Assembly (NCBI RefSeq): GCF_040938485.1
Contig: NW_027271302.1
Coordinates: 868,001-932,000, forward strand
Origin: Diadema antillarum
Lineage: Eukaryota
Length of the DNA: 64,000 nucleotides
Direction of reading: 5' to 3'
This document shows, one piece after another, positions 49,801 to 61,000 of this stretch (position 1 is the stretch's first letter; every line of letters begins with the position of its first letter). Below the pieces are notes generated by a model. The model was given only the letters and a program-made list of their open reading frames with translations, did not search any database and was not told the origin of the DNA. Both the position numbers and the translations under genes were made by a program.

Positions 49801-52800
49801 TATATATGCGCCAAACTGCATACCGACAAACCTCTGGTTTTTATATGCTGATGATATTGACATTACCAAAAGCTGGCTTACTCAGATTGTATTGTATCGA
49901 TTGAGCCGTTATGTAATAGACATTTCATGGTGATGATTTCTAGTACTTCTTTGTAAGACTTCATTTCTAACAACGAATTTTCTCTCCTGTAAAATGCACC
50001 AATCAGATGCTTCAATTAGATCAGACTTATCTGAGCGACGAAGCCAAGAAGAAGGAACACCAGAAAAAGAACCGCTTCCTCAACATCTTGCCATGTATGT
50101 TAAGGCCCCGTCACACTACAGCGAATGCCCAACGAATGCCAAGCGAAAGCCCGACGAATTCGAAAATGTGAAGACAGTTTGCATGTCTGACGTTCTTTGA
50201 ATTCATTAGCTATTCGTAGGGATTCGCAGAGATACGCTTGGGATTTTGGACATGTTTAAAGAAAAAATCGGCTCCAGCGTATCTCTGCGAATCCCTACGA
50301 ATAGCTAATGAATACAAAGAACGCCAAGCATGTTACGAACTATTCTAGTATTCCCAACGGATGTGAACATACCTTCAAATTTTCAAATTTATTGGACATT
50401 CGTTGGGCATTCGTCGGGCATTCGCTGTAGTGTGACGGGGCCTTTAAACATAATTCTCTGTTCTTCCTCTTTATCTTATCTTCTGTAATAACATCAGTTC
50501 AATTTTAAAACATATTTCAAACGAAATAATTATAATCGTCTAAAATTTGTCATGTATTGAGCAATTAACTTGCAAACAGTTTCCTATTAATGTTTCGTTC
50601 TGTTTCACCTTTTTTTGGGTCAATTATTGAATTCAAACCTGATCCACCACCCATAATTCAGCGATTTAATTTCATTTCAGATGACCATTCTCGGGTGAAG
50701 CTGAACTTACATGGGAGAGATCCATACTCTGACTACATCAATGCATCGTTCATAAACGTTAGTATGATCAATAAACCCCAGTACATGTACATTAGGTTAA
50801 TGAGAAGGTATTTCAATAGCATCCATACTTGTTTGTGTATAATGTAAAGTACTGCACTATTACGTAAGAATGCATGTATGCATGCATGAACGATTATCTG
50901 ATCATGNNNNNNNNNNNNNNNNNNNNNNNNNNNNNNNNNNNNNNNNNNNNNNNNNNNNNNNNNNNNNNNNNNNNNNNNNNNNNNNNNNNNNNNNNNNNNN
51001 NNNNNNNNNNNNNNNNNNNNNNNNNNNNNNNNNNNNNNNNNNNNNNNNNNNNNGATCAGATGATAGTTCTTTTTTTTTTTGCACAAACCAATGCTGTCAT
51101 TTTATCTATATCTTATCTATCCAGGGTTATGATGCACCGAGCAAGTACATAGCTGCCCAGGGTATGTCGCATACATTCTTTGATAATTGTGGACAATAAC
51201 ATATTCATTCCATGGAATAATGTGTCATTAGAACATACTTGATTCTTTAACATTTTCCCGCTCCTTTTTATTTAAGAAAAATTATGTTGGTAAACAAAAA
51301 TTTAAAAATAATCGAAACTACAATGCCGGTTTTATAAGGAGCCTATATAGACATTCATTCAAATGCAGTCTTGAATTTTGATGAAAAAAAAAGAGTACAT
51401 AAGAATGAATCTTTATCACATGCTTTCTTTTCTAGGGATGTTCATTATCACTGAGATAAATTAATGTTGAAATTAAAAAAGTATTAGATTGATATTGATT
51501 TGCATCGGATATGTATTCAAATGTCTCCTATAACTTTATACTGTGTTGTTTTTTACATGCAGGCCCGACGACTGCGTCTATAAATGATTTCTGGCGCATG
51601 ATCTGGCAGTATGACTGCAAAAAGGTCATCATGCTCACTAACATCGTGGAAGGCAAGAAGGTTTGGCAAAAAAAAAAAAATACATTTAAAGAGTTCTACA
51701 GTCAGTTTAGGACCAGACATGACTTTCAGCATTAAAGTATAATACTAGTATGCGTACATAATGTTTCTGTGGTTGTCTGGTATTTCAGTGAGAGCAAAAC
51801 GACACATCCTAAATATAAGAAGTGGTTATACATCGTGATCCTTCCAATTTTTGTGTCTGTACAAATGTTTTGAGTAAAATCAAAGTGTGTGCTTCCAGTC
51901 TCCGAACTGTAAGCATCATCTGCCAGTATCATATCAATTACAGTTTAGTTGTAAATTAAGAGTTTGTAGCTTACTCTGATTAACGAAATCAATCGGAAAA
52001 TAAGTTGTAGGACTAATAATTGTGGCAGAGCGACGACGACTTTGTTTTGGCTGAGCAATGTTTCCTTCTAATTGATCCTACCCTCAGAAAAAATGTGAAC
52101 AGTACTGGCCAGGTATGACACCCTGCTCCTTTGGAGAATTTCGCATCGTTCTGCAAGATAATCAAGTGACCAAGAATTACACCATTCGGCGATTCGATGT
52201 TGAGGTAATAAACATGCAGCATTACATAAAACACTAGTATCATTGGTCATTTACATCACCTCTAGAAATATTCAGTTTTTATGTAGTTCAAGTTAGGAAA
52301 AAAAAGAAAAAGAAATATCAATATCTCCCATAGGTATAGCTCGCATAACAATTCCAAAGTATTTGCATCATTGAAATATATTCTATATTTTATTTATATA
52401 CTGTAATATACAACTTATACATTGTATACATACACATGCGCTTACATGTAAGCGCATTGTATACATACACATGCGCTTACATGTAAGTTCACCGTCCATT
52501 TAATTTACATATAGAATTAATCACTTATTCCTGAGACACAATGGGGGTGATGAAAGACTTTCCATGCAATTTATTATACCATTTCCAGAGCGGGCGCATC
52601 TATTGTCTTTGATGAGCTGTGCTGAATATTAAAGTGTAAAACACTATACTATCTCAATTTAAAGTTCCCGGTCACATGTCTCTTGATAGCAGGTGTAATG
52701 CTCTTCGATAAGAAGCTCTAGTTTCATCCTTCAGGCTGTCAGAGGGGTTTAAAGGCTGTCGGCCAACAAGTATTTACTTTCTTCTACTAGACACGAGGAT

Positions 52801-55040
52801 GACAGTACTGAAAATGACACTAGTATGTCGATATCACATAGATGGCTGGTGTACACCGAGAAGTGGTGCAGTATCATTACACAACATGGCCAGACATGGG
52901 GGTACCGGAACAACCTTCTCAACTTATGAAGTTCATCGAGGTCACAAGAGACATGGAGGAAGGAGCAAGCAAGTCGCCAATTGTCGTTCATTGCAGGTAC
53001 TTTTAAATTCACGCAACTATCCTATTTTAGTCCAAAGTATACATCAATGCTTTTGTCTTCTTATTGATTCCTTAGAGCACTGAAGATAATGCCAAGACTG
53101 CTCTGTTAATAATCCCTCTTTATTAGTAACGTACATCTCTTCTGCTGCGCATAAATTTTGTCAGACTTGGAGGTAGATAACTAACAGGAGATCTGTTTCT
53201 TGGACTAGTTTGCGCTGTCCTCGCTTTTCGGCACAATCTCCGTGTAATATCAGATATCCCTTCTTTTCTCGAAAGGAAAACATAAAAATAGCCTCCGTAA
53301 TATGAAAATTACCTTTGCCAAATGAGATGCATATCCACGTAAGTTTTACCTTAATTGTCTTTTAGAACCTTCGTGAAAGTCAAAAGCCCTGCAATAGTAT
53401 GATCTTATAGATACCGAGGAATCCAAGAAAAACCTGACATGCAATACACCCAAAGGCATCAAGCACGCTTTAAAGGTTACAGAACCTAATTATAGGATCA
53501 ACGTTCTAGAATCTTAGATATTACTTTGAAGCCCTCCTATACCTACAAGGTTACATCTAATAAGATATAACCAACTGCTTCGAGTAGGAACCTGCATGTC
53601 AGAAATAGATTGGTAATTCCAGACGTGTCGCATTATTACAGAAACTTTACGCTCTTTTAAAATAATAGAGCTGCTACTATGAAACTTCCCAAATCTAGAT
53701 ATTTATGATTACTGATGTATATTTATCCCCTCCCCCTTCCCAGATGTTATGGCCTATATGTGCTCCGTACTCTGTTCCGGCCCCACCCTATTTGGTGACG
53801 TTTCATTGATGCCCCAATCCTTCAGTGACTGATTTATCACTAACTTATCATTAACTTTATCCGCCCAACCATAAATGATCCAAATACAAATAAGAACAGA
53901 AATTAATTATAGGAAATGTCGAGTCTAGCAAAGTAGGGTGTGTTTTAGCATGGTTACACGACATTGACTCCTGTGACAATTATTGATCCGGTCTTATTTT
54001 CTCAAAGGACTTAAGGATAGGGTTAGTACCATAGGGTTTCAGGTTACGTTTGATGTCACGATTAGGATTAGGGTTAGGGTTAGGTTTGTGAGTAGATCAG
54101 AAATAATGTTTGGCTTGGCGTGCAAGTATTTCACGGGAGTAATTGTCGCAGAAGCAAATGTCATGGAACAGTTTCTGCATAACATCGGTTGTGTGCTCAG
54201 AGGATATCACACTGTAAGTTACGACGCTGTACCATTCATTCTGCAGCGCCGGCGTCGGGAGGACTGGCACGTTCATCACGCTGGACGCCATGCTAGACCA
54301 GATGAACGCTGAGGGAGCTGTTGGTATCTTCAACTTCATCGCGAGTATGAGACGGCACAGGGCAAAGATGGTGCAAGTTGTGGTACGGATATACACCGAG
54401 CCAAGACATTCCGGAAGTCTCAGCTTTAACAAAGATGATAGCATTTCTCTTTCGCAATGATTCGAAGTGTAGTCAAGACTGTTTGGAGTCACATAAATGA
54501 AGCCAAATTACACACAATAGATACATTGTAATTTCGTCTTAGTATTAACAACTGATATTATTTTTACTTTTAGGAGTGTAACAAAATCTAAGCATATCAA
54601 GTCTTGCTTGATCTACTTGCTTAGTGGAAGAAGTTACTTTCATTTTGGTTACACAAGCATTTTTATTTGTATTTTTGTTTGCTAGTTGATAGATTCTAAT
54701 GAAATGTATACAACATGAAATCGTCGAAGATCTATTTATTGAACTATCCATCGGTCAAACAAAACGTCTTTGCGTAACGTGTCTTCATTCCTTTTATGAT
54801 CTCGTCATTGTCCACTGCACCCAGGAGCAATACCAGTTCATCTATGCCACTCTCCTAGAAGCCCTTACCTGTGGTGAAACGACAATTCCAAAGACTGACT
54901 TCGTAACTCGTTACCGAGCCATGAAATCACCAAGTCCCGATACAGGAATGACGGCTCTTCAGGAAGAATTCGAAGTGAGGAAAAGAGAGGCGAGAGACAG
55001 CCAGACTAGAAAGATAAAGATATATAGATGGATAGGATAG

Positions 55041-55074
<34 letters not shown>

Positions 55075-58000
55075 AAAGAGGGACACACAGAGAGAGAGAA
55101 AGTGAGCTGGAGAAGAAAAATCAACAAATTACAAGCATACAAACCAACAAACGTGCTGAACTTACGTTATGAAGCTGTGCATTCATGGCATTGATTCAAT
55201 ATCATTTTCTGGTCAATATTTAAAGCTTTCTTCAATGAATTAATTGTTTCGAGCAAAAAGTTTTGGTCTTTAATTCGATTGCTGAAAAAAAAAATCAAAA
55301 TGAAAATTCGTCATAGGCATGTGAAACCACACATTACAATATAATACACTTTTTTGCACGCTTTAAATCCATGTTATCCAATTTTCTTCAAAATGTTCGC
55401 AAAGTGTCTCCCTTATCTTTAGAATTAATGGTTTTGTAATTGGATTTTCCTTGTACAATGTAAACATAACCTATTTCCAAACTTCTCTTACTGGGCAGTA
55501 TAATAATGTTCCTGCAGAATGCCTCATACATGAATGTGTAAACTCAGCAGTGTATACCCTGCCAAGCTAAGTACATAGCGGTGGTAGAACCCTCAAGAAG
55601 AGCGCGATAGTTCGACGGAGCCATACTGCCTAATATGTAACTAGCATCGCTTTTATTATGATTGTACATATTTTCAATGGAAGTTACACTGTGATTATAT
55701 AAATTATGACGTATATACATCTTGTTATGTCTTAAAACTTTCATTCCATCCTTTTTCAATATACTAGTTGCTAAGGGCGTATACTGTTATACCAGGAAAA
55801 AATGAAGTCACCGCTGCCACACGTGAGGAGAATTGGGAGAAGAACCGATACCCAGACATAGTTCCACGTGAGATCATTCTCTGTTCATTTGTGTGTTTTC
55901 CTCTTTGATAGTGTCCTCGCCAGATACAATATGTATAAACGTAAACATAATGTATAAGCCTCATGAAATTTACCCAGGAACATGGATACAGATGAGCAAA
56001 ACCCCCCCCAAAGGGGTTTGTACTCTAAATCTGGTATATGGATAGCTAGCTTTTTCTCCCATTATGTAAAGTCGACACTTGTTACTCTTGTTACTCTTTT
56101 CGGTGGTGCCTATCTAGGTAGATAGTCTTTATTGTCTAATACGCCACGTATAATGCTGGACCTCATCCGAAATGGACCTCCCCACACACATACACACATT
56201 TACAAGACTAAAGTAGGAAATTCAATATCAAGTACATGTATACACAATTTCAGATCTGCGGACCTGCGCAAATACACATTGGACACGAACAAACATCCTT
56301 AGACAAGCACACAATGATGTAAACACACGCACGCACGCACGCACGCACACACACATACATAATATCATGATTCATATACATATACTAAGTATAGATACTA
56401 TATAAAGTTGGTCAAAAATGCTAGTAATTATCATTATCCATATTTTTCATGACTACAGCTGTATGATTATTACCTTTAATCATTCGTATCTTTTCTAAAT
56501 TGTCATCATTGTCATGTCGATGACACTTACCCCTTATAGATAGCATTGCTGCAACATTTGAAACATTGAAACTATGATACTTTTTATTCGTCCGTTTTGT
56601 CACCATTACTTTTTTTTCCCATTTCTATTCTTTTCATTCTGTCGATCGCGATTCAATCTCTTCACCAACCAGCCGACAGAGTGCGCCCTTACCTCATGAC
56701 TGAAGTCGAAGGCAGCACGAACTACATCAACGCAACTTACTTCCCGGTTTGTTTCAGAGTGATAGAATGAAAATAAGCTCCAATTACAAAGGATAAATCA
56801 TTCAGAATCACGAGGTTGATCGCAATTTCCCAAATGTAAACAGTAAACATAATGATCAAGTATATAATATCACATTTTGGTTCACACTGTGATCTTGCTC
56901 CACCACATTGAACGCGAACTTCGAGTGAGACTAGAATTATATCGTAAGGAACGTAGAGAAACTTTCATTTGCAACAGCAGCAACTACAAAATGAAAATAA
57001 TCATTTGCTCTCAGTGTGCCTGGATCGGTTAAAATTCAGACGAGTCCAAGAATCAGTCTGTTACATTATCGATGCAGACTCGGCTGTGTTGGATTTGTCG
57101 TTGGATGACATTCTACTTCAGAGCTGCCAGTAAGCCTCTGTTATTACAGTTAGATCTTGTTTAGTGTGTGATGTATATGATAACTAGCTCATAGATTGTG
57201 TGGTTCTATTGTCTTGTTTTTTTTTTAAAGCAAACTATGAAACTATAAAGTAATGGATGCTCTGGGCCTTCTGTCTTTGTATAATTCTATAACAACGAAA
57301 CCATTCTCCGATAAGCAGGATGAGTATGCACGTATTTACATACTAACAGAACACCAGCCATTTTGTTTGATTTTCGTACTCTCAATTACGGGAATAGGCA
57401 AGACTGTGAGTTTGATGACTTTCACAAATTATTGTATAGGTTTTCCCGGTCAATTTCATACTTTGGTCATTGAAATTCATATAACTTGCATTCAAATTCA
57501 CACAGCGCACGCACGCGGAAATATTCGGGCATTCAAATTCAGAATCCGAGCGGTCAATTTCATTCATGGGCGTTCTATTTCGTTTTTGTGAAATCAAATT
57601 CACGATTGTGAAATCAAATTTCTAAATGCGAGCATTGCATTTCTTACTCGTGCATTCAAATTCACGCGATAGTCATGTGATAGTCCCGATGAGCTTGTTT
57701 GGAGCATTCAATTTCATTTTTAGGCGATCAAGTTCCTACTTCGTGCGATCAATTTAACGAGGAAAATTGAGTAGACTTTTTTTAAGAAAGGAGAAATGGC
57801 ATACACAACCAATGAATGCTTGCATATACAATGTAGCATAATTATTATTGTTGAAATGTTCTACATTGTTATCTGTTCATATGTTCATTGTTTTTCATCT
57901 GAAAAAAATTCTAAATTGTAAGGTCCAATCAGCAGTGCATAGAAACAACACAACGACAATCTAATCATATTTCTTGATGATACTACACTGTACATGCATG

Positions 58001-61000
58001 CTGACAACGCCCAAACACTAACTACAATGGTAATGCATCAATTTAGAGACAAACTGACACACAATGACATCACATAGTCCGGCAAAAGTAAACCAATAAG
58101 ATAGCAATGCACAACAAATTAGACGTACATTTGTATACAATGTTCATGTTATCAGTTTCAATGTAGGCCTAGTCGAAATTGTTTTGTTTTGTTTTTTCTT
58201 TTGTTTTGAAGGTGTCAACCAACCTTCCGTATCATGCTCGTCTGTAGGCATATACAGCGCCTAATGTTTGTTTGTTTGTTTGTTTGTTTCATTTTCCATC
58301 TAAGGAGATGGTTGCAATAGCTGGTCTTCTATGGGGTCCAGTTGGGCATTAGGTGGGACCACTTTACCGGGTTAAACACTCTGCTCTTTGCGATGAATGA
58401 ATGAAGTAGGATATTTTGCGTGCATGAGTTGTGACTCTGTCACACATGGGACCTCCATTTTACGTCCTATCAGAGGGACATGTGCCTGTATATTCCTTTT
58501 CGTGAAGCCCGAGTTCATATTTGTCATTGAACAGATGGACCTCTACTGCAAAATAAATAATATTCATCATAAATATATTCAAAGCTTAATAAAAAAGACA
58601 CACATACACGGCCCTAAACTAAGTAAATTCCGGCCTTCTTTCAAATTGAATGCAGCTATTTGGAACATGGTTGCCTAATTCACGAATTTGAATGACCGAC
58701 GAAATTCCGTCACCAGCTTGACATGAATTTAAATGCTTATTGCTGAAATGCGTGTTCCTCTCTTAAATTTGAATGCTCCGATAGTGAATTTGAATGCTCC
58801 GACAGTGAATCTGAATGCTCCGATAGTGAATTTGAATGCTCCGAAAGTGAATTCGAATGCTCCGATAGTGAATTCGAATGACCGGATTTTGACTTTGATT
58901 GCTGATTCAGTGCTGCTAGCGTGGAATGCGTAAAATTAAATGCTGGGAATAGGTACTTGAATGACAAAAGTATGAAATTGACCGGGAAAACCTATATCAA
59001 AAGAACTAAATTATAAACTTGTTGAAATTGATATTTTGGCGCAGGGCAAGAAGAGCAGGAATCAGTATATGACCACACAAAGCCCTCTCCCAAACACAGT
59101 GGTGGATTTCTGGCGCCTCGTGGTAGACTACAAGGTCACCAGGATTGTGATGCTACATGGGGACACGCCTGATGAGGTGAGTAGCTGGATCATAGTAACA
59201 CGACTTTAATTGGGACAGCATCCTGGGTACAGTATGTCTCAATATACTTTAATACAATATTACCCGTGTTTTCAGAAAATCTCAGAACTTGCGCTTCCAT
59301 TCCTTCAGCCTTCAAAATTCTGAGGCCCCGGCATGAAAAAGGAGAACATCTATTATAAGGCTCATATTCCTCTACGTGTTCCTCTTGCAGTACATGTATA
59401 CTTTCTGGCAGATTATGATGTTTGTATTAGAGGAATGTATAGCACTCAAGATTTAAAATTGCACATCTTGCACGAAGAGGAGACTTGATATTCCTATTTC
59501 ATCATTATAAACGCCTTAAGCTGTGTAATTGCCACTTGTTGTGTTTTTTTTCAGTATATGTATACTTTCTGGGCAGATAATAATGTTTGTATTAGAGGAA
59601 TAATCCTGAACATCAGAATACACATTTTTTTTTTTGCACGAAAAGGAGACGTATATCGCATCAATATCATAACCCTTCAAAAGCTGTGTAATATGTCCGT
59701 TGTTGTGCTCGCATTGTTGCACATTGAGTAAGAAATTCAGTCGCATTTCTTTGCAATTGTCATTTCCATATGCATAAGACCTTCGCAAAGTACTGGCCCG
59801 AGGATGGTGAGCTTATCTGTGGTCCCTTCGTTGTGACCAGCACCAAAGAAGTTGTCATGCCGGGTATTGTGGAGAGAACATTGACTGTACGCAAACAGAC
59901 ATCGAAGGTATGCCACCACGTGTATGCTTACAGTGTGGATTTAAGGAAGACGGGAAATAGAGTGCAGTTTGCGAGGACATCATAAACTCAATCACAGCCA
60001 TGTACATTGCCTGGACTGTTTTCTGTTTTCAGGTTAGACCTACCTACTCAGGGCTGTATGAAAAAAAAAGAAATTCATCATGACTGTTAGACTGTTACGT
60101 AAAGGTATTGAAAGCGATATAGCTGGTCTCAACAAATTGTGAATTAGTGCTCATTTGTATTACAGTAATGAATTCAGAAAGGTGTATAACCAAGGAGGTT
60201 TTATACATGGAGTTCCAACTGGCTGTAATTATTCAAACAGTTGTCAGATTTCTGTTGATGTACAAAAGAATTCCACAGGTGCACTTGTGCCTTTGATGAT
60301 CGATGTTCGAAGCCGCCGTCTTGCTGACCAATCTGAAGATTCATTTTGAACGTTATCATAATGTTGGCCATATTTTGCTGATTTATTTATTAAATGAAAT
60401 AAAATTTCACTTGATGATAAAGCATGTAAAACAAAAGTCAGTTCCGTCCAGAATTTTGCGCAAAAGTGTAAATCAGAGCTGTATCATGTGAAAATGTTTA
60501 AAACTGTACCATTCTGGAAAGCTGGTTTTGTCACTTTTCCGCTTAATTTCCACAAATGAAACTAATATGGAATAATCTTCAAGTATAATTCTTTATTGAT
60601 AGATATATGAGATTAGTGCCCGGGTATGCCCAGTCGAGTAATTTTCATCTTTATTGCAGCATGTTTTTTTCTCAATGTCTATTCGCGCATCCTCGTGTCT
60701 GTACCACCTACCTTTTATAAAAAGGGATAGCGAAAAGTAATAGCCACTACAAAGACATACCTTCCTTTGAAAGTGGCTGGTGATTATGCAATGAGACAGG
60801 AGTCAATTGTCTTCGTATCTGCGCGGCAGATCCTGTTTGGCACATGCATCAAATATTTTTGAGCGGCGGCTTCGAACATCTAGCAAAGGGAATAAGACGG
60901 TTGTGGCTCCATTCTCTAGAACCTCCTTGGTATAACCTGCAAAAGAGGTCCAAATTAATAAATTCATGCAACTGATCGACAAATTATGTCCCTACATCGA

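Noticed and set aside
19708-51199. ORFs containing X runs, and ORFs rich in YI/CV repeats
   Set aside because: Artefacts of N gaps and of (TA)n or (TG)n microsatellites.
52791-52822. Apparent micro-exon (strong acceptor at 52790, GTATGT at 52823) before the WPD exon
   Set aside because: In-frame TGA, and the following intron would be only 19 nt; the canonical 155-nt exon from 52842 fits.
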